Assembly (NCBI GenBank): GCA_973895155.1
Contig: OZ316891.1
Span: 19,121,048-19,185,047 of the forward strand
Source: Marsupella aquatica
Lineage: Eukaryota > Plantae > Marchantiophyta
Length of the DNA stretch: 64,000 nt
Direction of reading: 5' to 3'
The position numbers and the translations under genes are program-made. Positions 1 through 12,948 of this stretch are shown in pieces; within the stretch, counting starts at the first letter, position 1, and each line of letters starts with the position of its first letter. The notes under the pieces were generated by a model that saw nothing but the letters and a program-made list of their open reading frames with translations, was not told the DNA's origin and searched no databases.

Positions 1-371
1 GATATCTATTTGCTCTCAAAACAAACAAAACACAGCATGATTGTCATCATCCTTGAAATGGGTAATTTCTCCAATCTGCCCATGGAGGAGTGTTACAGTT
101 GACACCTCTGGTAAAGTGCCATGATGCAGAGGAGAGAACTATTTGCCCTCAAACAAACAATACAGGATGACATACAGTACAGTGCACGCATGGATGCGTA
201 TGTTGGGGACACAGATACTCTCTACTTTTAAGCACTTCTTCTTCTGGCACTGCGCTCTCAAACCCTCAATCTCATCCTGTGTCGCTGCAGGAGTTCTAAT
301 TTCCAGTGCCGATTTTCTAAGCGGAGAGTAATTTAGTTTTTTTTTATCTTGATTTTGGGAGCATTCAGAGC

Positions 372-480
372 ATTGAATCGAATTGAATTGAATTGAACTG
401 AACTGAACTGAACTGAATTGAATTGAGCCGAATTGAATTGGCTTTGGTTTGGGTGGGTTGCGTTGAATTGCATTGAACTT
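372..480. repeat. Pentanucleotide microsatellite (AATTG/AACTG)n just upstream of the RNF25-like start
   Basis: Directly visible: gaattgaattgaattgaactgaactgaactgaactgaattgaattg, decaying towards 480. Confidence 0.9.
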
Positions 481-524
481 GGAGTGAGGAGGATTGGTAG
501 ATTTTGGCAAGAGTGGGGACAGAG

Positions 525-3500
525 ATGGCAACGGAAGAGGTCCAGGAGGAGGTGGAGGCCATGGAGGCAGTTTATGGTTCTGATTGCACAGTCTTCCAAG
601 TCTTTTCTCCCCATCTGAGCGTCTTCATGAAGCCCCGCACAGCTGACGATGCCTCCGTTCAGGTTTGTTTGCCTTCTCGCCGTTCCGTCCTTTTCCTCTA
701 CTCCCACTTTTCCGATTTTTCTAGGCCTAGTCTCATCGAAAACTTACCGCAGCATTTGCCTCTTTCGATGATTCACCGACCCTCTTTCACTAATGACGTT
801 AAATTCGTTGATGGCCTTCTAGAGTCTGCGGATTGTGGAACTGGTAGGAATCAGATAGGGTATCATTCAGCAAAAATTCGTTGGTTGAAATTCCTTTTGT
901 GGGTTATTATAACTCATTCCTTTTTCGGCTCCTGAAGGATTTACCCATAGCCACTAGCTCTAGGGTTTGAACGATCTGCTTTGTAACCTATTGGATTTTT
1001 CGTGATCTCAGTTTGTGGAGGCAGTTCTAGTGATCAAAGCGGGAGCGAAGGTATCCTTGTGCCCTCTTCATTCAAAGAATCAAAGAGGTTGGGCGTCTAG
1101 AGTACATTGAGAGTTGAATGCAATCAACTTCAATAATTCGCATATAGCAGGGATAGGTCCGCGAGAGAATTTGGGTGCACTGTTCAGATGCTGGCACACA
1201 GGGTGACCGGCTGTTAAAGAAATATTAGGACAGTTCAGATAACATAGTTAGAGTCTGACGGCACGCAGACGGTGGGGTAAAGTGTGAGTTCAGCTAGATT
1301 GAGCAAGTTAAGGGAGAGAAACTAAAGTGAGAACTAGACTCAATGTGAAAAAAATTTAAAAAACTAAAAAAACTACTCGCATTTAGCTGGACTAGCATTG
1401 TCGGGCATTATTATGTGTTGACAGGGAGACAACATGTTCTTCTAGGGCAATGTCCTAAGTAGCCTGTCGACCTCAGGATCAAGAGAGGAAGATGGACATA
1501 GTAAGGTTCAAAAGTGAAGCCCTGCAGCTTACTGAGATGCTGATGTTTGAATATGTGTTGGCAGTATCCAGACGCACCACCTGAGTTGGAGCTAAGGGAT
1601 GTCAAGGGCTTAGGTGACAGTCGCCATGCCCAGCTGCTAGGTGATCTGCGAGAGCAAGCTGCAGAACTAGCTGGTGGCCCTATGCTGGTGGCCATTTGTG
1701 AGGTGTCCATCTTTATCCTTTTCCCAGTTCGCAATCTTCTCTGGATTGTTCCCACGACATCTTCTATGTACACCAAACATAGAGACTCTAACAATTTAGA
1801 AACGGTCTTGTCCAATATCCTGATTAAGTGTGAATTCTTCGAAGGGATGTTTTATCCTGTCATAGCCATCAGCAAACACTGCAATGAGGTTTGGGCAATG
1901 TGAGAGTGCATGCATAGAATGAATGGACTAGGTCCTGATAGGTGTCTTTCTAATGTTAGTAGAGCTGAGTGTGGGCATGACGAGAAGGGGCAAAGTCGGT
2001 GCTGAGATGAATATCTGCTGCACAACAGGCAGCAACAGACCTTCTCACCAACATGAACACGCCGGACGGAGATTGCTGCTTCTGTATGGATCCGCTGGAT
2101 GATGGTGCAAAGCCGTTCATGAAGCTAATGACATGCTTCCACTGTTTCCATAGGTGAAGAAATCTCTCTATTTCTGTTGGATTCTGGATCTTTCCAGATT
2201 TCTGTTCACTTCCAAAGCATTCATGTCATGTCAAGAGCATACATCAGAGGTGAGAATAGCGACGAACTTTTGCCTAGGTTAGATGTGGTGGATCAGATCA
2301 CGGGTCAATCGTACACATGGGAACTTAGGGGATACGCCAGGAACAGCTCGCTTGCTGAGAATCTTAGCGTTTCAAATTCCTCTTCGGTGGGTCTTGGCTC
2401 TCATGGAGAATGTCGATTTCAGCGGAATCCTCACATTGAAGCCACATCATAGCGATTGACACCCTTGAGCAACATATTTTACTACTGCTGTCCCTTTGTG
2501 TAGTAACTTAAAGCCTTTGATGAACGGGTGCTCATATAATTCAATAATGTGATGCTTTTCCTGCGGTCAAGGCCTTCTAAGTCTTTCACCTGTGGGACCT
2601 CAGATTTTAAGATGTGGTCTCGTGGAGCTCATGTGGATATTTATTCCATGAATACTGTGGTTTTGTTGTTTTGAGACCAGTCGTTGTATTGTGGTATATA
2701 TACTCACATCCCTTATAAGAAGGCTTGGAATGTAGCAGTGATAGGTACTGTTATTTGAATATCTTCTTTGTTGACCGTTCATAATTGTTAGTGATTGCTT
2801 CGGAGATTGGTGGAGATGGCTGCAATATCAGCAACCCCCAAGGCCTCCCTTACATGCTGGTAGGCTGCAAGACGAAGGCGGTGATGAAAGATCTCTTGAG
2901 CAAATTGGAAGGTACTATCCTTGTGGAAGACATGTTGTGTTTGTTAAACGTCCAGTATGATTTGTTTGAGATTGATTGGCGCGGAGTGAGGATGGCATGA
3001 ATAGCCATCTCTTCGAGCAGTCACTCTTTCGCATATTGTTCTTGTGGTACCTTCAAAACTTTTTAAAGCAAGTGCAGACCGACCACCTGACTAGAGTGTC
3101 CCGCTTGGTTTGAGAGCTTTCGTCCCTGCCCCTGATTTAAGCACCAATGATGTGGAGGTGATTGTGCACCCTGTTGACTATACTTTACTTGTAATTCTGA
3201 TGTGCCAGCGCTGAAGGGAGGATTACCAGAGTACCTGAGGTACAGGAGCTCCAGATGCAATGTCCTGTTTGTCGCAAAGTCATCCTTGCAGAAGATTTTG
3301 CTCATGTTCATGACTACCTTACGAAAGACAATGGCATGAAACCTGTAAGAAACGATCTGGAAACCTCACTTTCCTTTCAATCTGCTTCTTGCATTATGTG
3401 TCATTGCAAGTTATGAGTAAGATCTAAACTTAGCAGCTATATAACTCAAATTTGCAGCTAAATTGATACTCGACAGAGTGTTATTGTGCCACATTTATTT

Positions 3501-4257
3501 GAATGGCACCGCTGTAGAACGTTTTTCTCCAGCCTGCTGGTTTTTTAAAATGTTCCTTTGATCAAACCCTTGCAGATTCTAATTTCGTTTCCGTTTTCAA
3601 ATGCCTACATTAGTCCTGACTGTACTTGGGCTGCATCATCTTGTGCTTTCTTCTGTTTGTCAGTTCTTTCTTCAATATGAAGACACACAAGTACCAATGG
3701 ATATCCTGACGGATGCTGAGCTCGTGCGACGTGCTCAATTCGGGGCCCAATTCGAGGCTCAGCTAGAACGTGGTGGAATAATTGAAAATAAAAAGTTGGA
3801 AGTCATTCAGCCTGGTATGATAGTACCTCCTCGAACGCCTCCTTTGGTAGAGAATGCTCCTGAGGAAGATCAACTGGGAGACCAGGGCACCACGAGACCA
3901 TTGGATGTGCCATCCAGCGAGACTAGTGGTACACAAGGTCGGGGTAGACAGGACAGTCAAACAGGACGCCCACATGTGCACCAAACCAGTGCTGGAAGGG
4001 ATGGGTTTCGCGGAGGAAGATCATACAGAGGGTATTATTCAGGAGGAAGATCACACAGGGGACGACAAGGTGGAGGCATTAGAGCAAACAGAGGTTATCG
4101 AGGAAGGTCTGGGGTATGGAGAGATATGGGTACGAGTGAAACGTCTAGAATGCAGTCCCAAGATATAAGACAACTGGAGAGAGATGACGTGGAAACCACT
4201 AGAATACAGTCACAAACTATTAGACAAATGGACAGGGGTGAAGTGGAAACTTCTTGA
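525..4257 (+). CDS. RNF25: RWD-domain + RING-H2 E3 ubiquitin ligase (RNF25/AO7-like), ~429 aa, with RGG-rich tail
   Basis: Exons 525-662, 1012-1050, 1565-1702, 2029-2153, 2792-2911, 3209-3344, 3664-4257. All introns are GT..AG, phases agree, total 1290 nt. RWD hallmarks EEVEAMEAVYG and YPDAPP. RING-H2 ligands CCFC...CFHCFHSDC...CPVC. Tail has GRGR/RGG repeats. Confidence 0.9.
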
Positions 4258-4299
4258 CTGCAGGCACAGAACACTGAACAATTGGAGTGGATAGGGGTG
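4138..4299 (+). repeat. Three 54-bp (18-codon) imperfect tandem repeats spanning the RNF25-like stop codon
   Basis: Units start at 4138 (ETSRMQSQDIRQLERDDV), 4192 (ETTRIQSQTIRQMDRGEV) and 4246 (ETS*LQAQNTEQLEWIGV). Confidence 0.8.
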
Positions 4300-5441
4300 T
4301 GGAGTGAAATTGGTCTCCAAAACGGTCTTCCTCAACAAGCTCTGAGGGATTCCTTATCTGCAAAGGAAAAACCTCTAATTTTAAATAAGGGAAATGTGAC
4401 CGACCGGGACTGGGGATTGTGCCATCCTGAAGCCTAGCAGCGATAGTGGCGACTAAGTTACAGGCGAGGTATACTGACAGAAGTCGAAAGCTTTGCCTCC
4501 TGAATACTTTATGATTTTTTTGTCGAATCCTTTTGAGGGCAGTTTTGGAGAGAACACTTAAAAGTTTGGAGTACTAATAAAAGTTTAAATACTGTGGTAC
4601 CCAAGATTCGAGGGGCACGTTGTGGATGATAAAGTCCCTCAGCAAATGCGTTTGTCATGTTTGCACGCTCTGAAAATATCCCCCTTCTGAAGTGATCTTG
4701 GTATGTTAAGAATAAGGCTTCGACGAGATATTAGTGTGTATTCTGTGATATCGCGCGAGATAGGGAATTTGAACCTGTTGCAAATTTTGTGTCGTCCTTG
4801 TCATACTCGTGCGGAGCAATTTGGACCGTATCATTTCATTCACAGCTCGTTGGTTAGACTCATCACAACTGACCCATGATAGAGTACAAAATCCATTAGA
4901 ACCAATATGGGATTCCATACCCTATTAGGATGGGTTTGAATAAGCAAGTCAATCTACGATCCCTCTTTGAAGACCTTAGCTGAACATCATGCATGCAGTA
5001 TTGCGACATTGCCAATCTGTACTGGGGACGGTGAGCAGATGTTACAAAAGAAGTCTTGGGACAGTCATAGCTCAATATCAGACCAATTTGGTCCTAGGTG
5101 AATTCATCTTCGAGACCTAAGAAATCTGCAGTTTACAAACAAGTACTATGACGTTTAAAATTTATGTAGATTCCACTGGCTAGTGAGTTTTGAGTCAATT
5201 GCTCTACGTCTGATACTCTTCAACCCAACATTAAAATCCGATCAATCTGTGTCTGCAATGAGAGGGCTCCGAGCCGCATCGGACAGCCTCCTACAATTTT
5301 TTCATCATTTGCCTGCACTTTACGAGTATCTAATCCGACGCCATCATGGCCAACTTCTATGAGTTTGACATGTCCGAAGTTAGATGGCGTGTCCAAGATT
5401 TCTGCCCTGCGCTGTTTCTTGGAAGTTTATTAAAAATCTAA

Positions 5442-8400
5442 TCAATTGCGGCTCTTTTGGTCTCTGAATGGATCATCTTCGCCATCGTCGTCGAAACCTT
5501 CTCCTTGCACGTGTCGCAGTTGTTGGAACCGTATCTGTGACAGTTCGCTCTTTCGCCGCTTGTAGCAACTCAGGGCCAGTCCAGCCACAAAAGAGACTGA
5601 CAAGAAGATTGCGACTACTATTCCAACTGGTATCCACCACTGCGAAAGCACCAAAGCACAATCCCCCAACTCATTGTTATGAGAAGTGATTTCTTTTGAC
5701 TGTTGTTGAGATGCAGAAAGCTAAGAAGATGTAGTCTGCCTCATCCATTAGCATGTCGGACTCGGCTTCTGATTCTCTGGTGAAACTTATTGTTCCTTTG
5801 TAGAAGGAAACTACAGGAGTGATACGAAGAAGAATGCAGTAGCAGTGGCGTGGTGTGGTGTGGTGTGGTGTGGTGAATGTAAATAATTGGCCAATAATCA
5901 CGTTACTCGATCCACAGGCAGTAGGTACTACGTAAATACGCACAAACTGCAACGACAAGAGTGTGAGAGTCACATTGATCTACAACTGTTGTTCTGAAGT
6001 TTTCTCATCAAAGGCGTCTTACCTCATTGTCTTGTAGAATTTTCAGTTTTCTACATAGAATGTGCAATGGACTAAACTTTAAGTACGAAATAGGGCCTTG
6101 TGGGAGATCGTAATCACACGGTTTAGGCTTCCTGTACTTCACCTGTTTTTCCATCAAACAGGAAGATTCTGGACATTTCGAGTGGTACCTCATCGAGTTT
6201 TAGCAGTCGACTTTCAGGAAGAGAACTAGTTTGCTAGTTATGTGTCGATCTCTACAAGGTCTGACCATCTAGGGGGCGGTAATTACCTCGTTGATACGAT
6301 GCTTGCTGTTGTTGAACACCTGTTGTACAGGAGGTGGCGGCAAAGCTGCATCAATTACGAAGGAGTTGAATTATAAAGAGAGTCCATTAACATCAATCAA
6401 TTATTCCCAGCTCCACAAGCACTGCTAATAGGTAGTTGTCAGAGACAGTGCAGTTACTCCGTGATCACCGGCCAATCCAAGTTTAACTGACGACCCGTCA
6501 CTAGGCAAGATTTTATAACAGAGCTCATAAGCATTTCGAACACTCAGAATGTGAGTGGTTTATTATCTTTCGAGGAACTGAATACATTAGAGGCGAACAC
6601 TCTTTTGGTTTAGATACTGAACCATTGCAACAGACCGGACTGTCATTGCCGTTCACTAGCAAAAGCTGCGAAAGGATTGGCCACCATAAATTCAAACTAT
6701 TTTTTCGGGGCACCTTATTCAAATCAGTCAAAACTTGTAATGACACTGATAATCCCCGGTTCTGCCAAAAAGATTCTTCGTTTGGCCTGTTAATAATGAC
6801 AGCTTGGAACCATCATAAAAAAATTCGAGATAGCACTCAATTTCTGGTGGCTACGAGGCTTTGGGCAAGTCAAAGTTCCCAGAACTGATATATTAGGGAA
6901 AGAAAAGAGAACAGCGCTCTTGCCGTAATTTTCCAGGTTCTTTGCCCTCAGCGATTCTTCACGACCTACATATCTATTTACCTTCCTGAACTTTTCGTCT
7001 TATGTTGCAGAGACTAGAGTAGGCAATGCCTTTGCTGGGGCTGAGATGGGTATATCCGACAATTATCTTTGTGCTGATGCGGAAAGAGAATACTGGAAGA
7101 AGTTCTCCTCTGACTTTTTCCAGGAGTTCGTGATTTGGTAATTTGATCCATACGGAGTTATGACGTACGTACCTATGGGGGTGGCAACTGAGCAGTCCTT
7201 TGAGCCCAGAAAATCTTCAGGGCATGTGCAACTGCCACTGCCTGTCGGCTGGACATGGCAAATACCTCCATTGTAGCAGTAGTTCTCTCCACAGAGTTCC
7301 CCAGGGAAATTGCAGTGCTGGCCGGCGAAACCAGTCGGGCAGGTACAGGTGTAATTCTCTCCCTGGACCATCTCATTGCAGATCCCTCCGTATTGACAGT
7401 AGAATGAATTGGAGTCGTCGCACATGATAGACGGTACGTCGCAGAATACTCCTCTGATGAAATTAGCAACGGCACATACATACTAATCTTTGTCAGACAA
7501 TTTGAGTTGGGCTCATATTTGTTGGGAAGATGACGAGCTTCAACCTTGGTAAGCTTCCTTAGAACGCAGTTCTGCGCTCCTGGCGTCTAAGGCAAAATTC
7601 TTTGGTTAATTTCATGCTCTCTCTTCATCTCAACCAAGGCTATCCTTAAGGTTTCCACAGGGATGTGTAATCACAGAGACTGAATTAAGGAGTTGATTTT
7701 GAACACTGCTTTTCTACGAAATCCTTAAGGAGACTTGGTTGTTTGATAATTCTATCATCTCAGAGACGATAAGTCTTGAAACAGAACTTCAAGTTCTAGG
7801 TAGCCATCGGGACGAGAGAATGAATGCAAGAAGGAATGAATTCTTGGTCCATGGACATCAATCAGAATTGACACAGAAAGTGAAGGATCTTACAATGTCT
7901 TGCAATTCAGCATTGATTGATCCATTTACATCTTTACGTCTTTATATCAATTGCAAGACATTGAGGACGGCGACCCCAACGGGCCATGCAACCAAGATTG
8001 TACAAAGACTTGAGAGTTAATACTCACAATCCGGAGAAGGTGGGCAGCGAAATAAAGAGGAAGAATGTATGCATTCACAGTCCACGAATACCCAAATTGA
8101 CTGTGGGAGATGGAGAGAGAGAGGCAGTCGTCACTCTATAGCTGGCAAGGGAGCTAGAAAACCCATCAGGGATCAGCATCAGCCTTCTCCGACACTTCTT
8201 CGTATGATTAAGGATTGTCCCAGTGCAGCTATCAACAACACTCATCGAGACAAAGATCCATTCTAGCAAGAGGATTTCAATGTCTGCTGCAGGATGAATG
8301 GCAGAAATCAGATGATCTAGAACAAATGTATGTGGCCGAGAGGGTATGCTTACCCAAGAAACTCCCGATCACCTTGCATGAGACTGTCCGGACTTGGAGT

Positions 8401-8550
8401 GACACAAATGCACATCCCCGCTGGAGAGCAGTTCTTTGTCTTGCAATTCAGCTGACACTCTTGCGCGAGTGCATTGTGTGGAAAGCCAATCAGAAGCACA
8501 ACAACAGCATCAAGGAGCAAGATCCTCATGAACCTTCTACATCCCTGCAT
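5442..8550 (-). CDS. Type I membrane protein with signal peptide, EGF-like repeats, one TM helix and a short acidic tail (plant Delta/Notch-like EGF protein), ~244 aa
   Basis: Exons 8550-8354, 7453-7173, 6345-6287, 5639-5442, all GT..AG with consistent phases (735 nt). Signal peptide MRILLLDAVVVLLIGFPHNALA. EGF motifs CQYGGIC...YTCTCPTGFAGQHC and CYNGGIC...CTCPEDFLGSKDC. TM WWIPVGIVVAIFLSVSFVAGLALSCY followed by KRRK. Alternative in-frame ATGs at 8598 and 8529. Confidence 0.88.
5843..5875. repeat. (TGGTG)n microsatellite in the last intron of the EGF gene
   Basis: tggtgtggtgtggtgtggtgtggtg is directly visible. Confidence 0.85.
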
Positions 8551-9594
8551 TTTCTTTCCTCCTCCAGCTTTTTCTGCTGCTCCTGTTGTTGTCCTCATCT
8601 TGCTCTGCCCTTTTAATTTGTCCCGGTGCTGCAAAGGTGCTGTGGGCTCGTTTGCATGCTTCTCCCCTCCTAACGCAACAATGCGAAGCTTCAGATCTGA
8701 ATCATCTCTCTCCAATCTCTTCAGTGCATTCGATTGATGTCCCAGGATCTATGTTTTCACACTAGATCTATCGCTCTTTCATCAGTTCAGGCAAGGTCGA
8801 TAATTCCTCTCTTTCTGGTTGGAAAGCAAATCTAGAGAGTGAGTGTTCTTAATTGTCGTGCTCTTGCACATACTTAGCAGCAAGGATCTCTTTCTTTCTG
8901 TGATGCCCAGATCTAATCTGGCAGAGGTCAGTGCTCCCTAAGCCCGAACCGTCCCGAAGAGGTCCCACAAACGATAATGCAGGGAGAGCCAAGATCTTCA
9001 GGCACCGAGAGCTGCCGTCAGTTCTCTCAGAAGGCTACGAGTGCCATCTCCGTGCACATCTCACAGAACTGTAAGGATAGATCGTGCACGCATAACATCC
9101 CAATTTCTCGGCATCCACAGTCCCAAAGGGATTGAGTGGAGAGCATCCACTGTCACAATTGGTTGAGGTACAGGGGAGGGGAAGCGCACAGTCAAGTGAA
9201 AGGGGATAGAGAGCAACTCAGAAAGAAATGTTATTCAAGGATCAATTAAGTTCAATTTGTACCTTGTCTCCTCAAAATCTCTCCTGCATTTCCAATTCCC
9301 TGCAGATGCTCAAGATCGGCGTCTGCCTGTGAGGATTCTAACACACTGTACTGAACGAAAGTAAGCTTGTCCCTATGTGGCCTTATACAATTACGCCCCA
9401 GAGTCAACAATGTCCCATCCTCAAGAGTGCACTCAAATGGAAGAATGAATTGTTTGTAAATAGTCCAGAATTCTGACGTTCCCCAGACCTCTCACATCTG
9501 AAAGTTCAGAGCCATTTAAACCCCTTCCTGATTTCTTTCCTTTGTATGTGTGGACAAGCTTGGGGATTATGAAATTTGAATCAGAAATACACTG

Positions 9595-10690
9595 AAGTGC
9601 AAGTGGGGACACTCAATCAGACTTTTCATATGTAAAACTAAACTTGTAAACATTCACTCACGGATTACTCTTGGTAAATTTTAGAATTCCTAGGCCAGGC
9701 TTTAGTGTCTTCACCCGGGGTAATGGGCTATAATCCCCTAGGTGAATGAGAAATAGAGTAAAGTGCAAGTGGCAGATAGTGACACCACTCTGGCTGCGTA
9801 AATGTGTCTCCAAAATAAACAAAATCCAAAAACTGAACTGAATAGTTACAAAAATTCACTCAAGGTTTCCACTTGGTAACTCATCTACACTTCTTTGCAT
9901 GTGGTGAAGACACAAAAGCTTGGCATGGGAATGCTTAAATTTAAATGAGAATTAGTTCGTGGACCCCTTGGCTAATTGATAGCATGGTTATCACAAGCAG
10001 TTGTCAAAATCAGGCCTTTTCGCTACATGCTACCAAATTCTCAAACTATGAGAGTCAGAATTCAATCCGTGGCAAGTCCATTTGCAATTAGATAAATGTC
10101 TGATCAAATAAATTGTATCAGTTTGTTGAGTTCAAGTTCGGACCATGGCTAGCAGTGTACCTTAATTGCAAAGGGCCCGAATTCTTACACCAGGTGCCAA
10201 TTACCTCTTAACAAGGAAGTTATCAAGTTAGTTATTAGTCATTTATTTATTTGTTATATGAAAAATATTTTTATAAATCTTTGAATTTAAGTTTTAAAAT
10301 TGGAAATGTAACTAAAACGGTTACATAGGGACAATTTTAACCGTCTTACTTTTTGCATTTCCAATTTTTTACTTTTCTTTTTACGGTATGGCGTCCCAAA
10401 ATTTACACCCAAATTGACACAAACACGAATGAAAACTATAAGTTTGATTCACAAAACTAATGAGTCTTGTTTGTTGCGGTTGTTGTTGACGTGGCACACT
10501 GTGGTGCCAGGGATTTTGGAAAGGACCTCTAGTGGGGTCCGTAAATGGAGTAAATTGCAAGTGACAGATAGTAACGGATGAGACTTTGGCTATGTAAAAC
10601 TGAACTGAATGGTTCACAAAAATTCACTCAAGGTTCCCAGTCGGTAACTCATCTCCACTTGGGGATAATGGCTGTAACCCCCTCGGGCGC
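9595..10690. mobile_element. Cluster of decayed MITE-like elements between the divergent EGF and NFD6 genes
   Basis: Imperfect ~40-bp inverted repeat at 9676-9716 and 9903-9942 (taaatt..gtgtcttcacc / ggtgaagacac..aattta). Three related copies of tgcaagtg...aaaact...attcactca...ggtaa near 9595, 9760 and 10550. Confidence 0.55.
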
Positions 10691-11462
10691 AACTCACTCT
10701 GGGATTGCATCCCATTACCCCCTCTTAGGGATGGGTTACTACAATCCTTTTATGTCAAAATATTGTTAGGAATTGACTCAAGTTCCATACTTTAGTTAAT
10801 TTGGCCTTAATTACTAAGGTTAGTTGACCTTTGGTTAAATTAGGATAAGATACACATATTTAATCTCACACATCTCGTCTCCCTTGGGGGGTAGAGGTTG
10901 AAGATTCTTCACATGTACTCTCATATGCTATGGACCTTTCAAGAGTTTTTTCACTCGTGGTGTCTCGTCGATGTAACGTGCAATGAGTGTCTCTCTCATG
11001 TTCAACATTTGCTGTCTGGTTGAGCTGACAATTTCTTAGAGATATATACTTTAGAACTGTTTTTAGTTCAATTACTATGTACTTTGCCACTCCTAACTGT
11101 TAAGCAAGTTGGTTCGTGGACCCCGGCTTTCCGTCTCCCTTTAGAGGTTCTTGAATTCAATTGGAGAAACAGGTCCTTGGAAATGTCAAGTGTTGTATCT
11201 AAATTGCAGATATGTATTTCATCCCCAAGCCTTTGGGATTTTTTGTTTTCTAGAATGGCAAAGTATGTATTTCATCTCCAAGCTTTTGGGCTTTTTTGTA
11301 GTCTCCCCTTATTGGGTCTTAGGCTTGTGAGATAGTGCCTCTGGTTGGGTGCCTTTTGTGTTTTGGCAGTTTGATTTATACAACCAAAGACCAAAACCTA
11401 TACTGGTAAATCTCAGAGAAAAAAAATTCAGAACACTCGTAGAGATGACCTTACTATCCATG

Positions 11463-11483
11463 AAACCCTTACCCTTAGGGTTT
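11463..11483. promoter_or_regulatory. Telo-box (AAACCCTA/TAGGGTTT) upstream of the NFD6-like gene
   Basis: aaacccttacccttagggttt lies ~130 bp upstream of the ATG. Telo-boxes are common in plant housekeeping promoters. Confidence 0.45.
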
Positions 11484-11612
11484 CTCCCCTGCCCCCCCTA
11501 AAGAATTGCTCGCGGCACTGAAAGTAGTTCTGGAAAGAATCCCACACTGCGTTAAGATCACACACAGCAATTTACCGAAGTGGAGTGCTGATTGATCGAT
11601 CGACTGAAGCGA

Positions 11613-12948
11613 ATGGCGTCATTGAACACTGGAAGGAGGGCTCTGGCGAATGTGGCCTCGAAGGCCAGATCTGCAATGCAATGCTACAGAAACAACTCAA
11701 GTTTAGCTTCTGAGACCGCTCTGGGTAGTGCTGGTCGCTCTTCTTCGACCAGCTCATGCCCAGTCGCATCTTCACCGAATTGTAGTACGAGCACATTGCC
11801 CGGGAACAGGCGGTTGTCATCTCAATTGTTAAGGTTTTTTTAATTTCTGCTCCTTGCTGTACTGATTTCCCCGCTTTCGGATGTTGTGCTCATTTGGAAT
11901 GAGGGTCTCTCTTGGCTGAGCTTTCGTGCTGAGAGGGCTTTGGTCGCTAATGCATTTCATTGATTACATCCGAGGCGCCAGTTTCAACTAGTTCCCGAAA
12001 ATCCAACTTTTCTATGCTCTTCCCTCTGTTGCCCTAGTCCTTGTGAACTGCATCTGTATTTGATCAAGCAGCTTTGTGAACTTGTTAGAGCCCACGTTAA
12101 TTATATCTCCCCGAGTGTATTGACAAATATATTTGCACATTATGGCTGTTTCTGATAATGAATCGTATGAATGTTTGTAAGCTTCTAAGCTCGTGAGCTA
12201 CAATGGTTTTTCTTTCTGGAGGCAGGTTACCAAAGGAGGTAGCGTGCATGCAATCGCTTCTTCCTTTGTACAGTGTGACAGCATCATCCAGGCTTGTGTC
12301 ACTGTTGAGCACGACTGCGGGAGCTATTCCTGCAAATCTCCATGGTACGCTCACCCATATGTCCCCCGACCGGTAATCCGAATTTCGTTAGCCAACTGCT
12401 CTAAAAAACCACAATTTGACGGGCAAGTTTTGCCCTCATGTTTACATTCCATCCGATGCAGTTATTTCTCAAAGTGCACTGTAGCTTGGGGCCACGCTGT
12501 TGAGACAGACGTTGAGTGTACCAGCATTACTTCCATCCTTTCTTTATTGACCTCTTGTTGTAACTACTCAAATGCCCTGTTGATTGCGATTAATTCTGGA
12601 AGACATGGATTGAAATAACCAGTGAAGCCCCATGGCACTATTTTGTTGCACACTTGGACCTATGGGTATTTGCCCTTAATTTGAGAATGCATGAATTGAA
12701 CTGGGTACTGAAGATCAAATTTGCAAAGTATTTGTAAGTGAAATTTAGTTTGGAGGGATTCAAAAGTGAGAGGAAATGTTTCAACTTTTATGATGCTGTC
12801 TGCCATGTGACACCTCGATCACAGGAGTTTCAGGCTTTGCTATATATTACGTTTCATCTTTTTCACCATATTTTTTTCTTACAATGATGGGGCTGGTGAT
12901 ATATTCCTTTGAACTGTCCCCTGTTTAGATGATTTTGACGGCACTTGA
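11613..12948 (+). CDS. NFD6: NUCLEAR FUSION DEFECTIVE 6-like small mitochondrial/plastid-targeted protein, ~119 aa
   Basis: Exons 11613-11833, 12226-12344, 12929-12948 (360 nt). The N-terminus is S/R/A-rich like a transit peptide. The core RLPKEVACMQSLLPLYSVTASSRLVSLLS matches the NFD6 family motif as I recall it (ELxCxxSLLPLHSAxASARLxSxL). The last exon gives DDFDGT*. Confidence 0.82.

Noticed and set aside
139-707. Minus-strand ORFs with IQFSS/QFNS repeats
   Set aside because: These are translations of the pentanucleotide microsatellite and the antisense of RNF25 exon 1.
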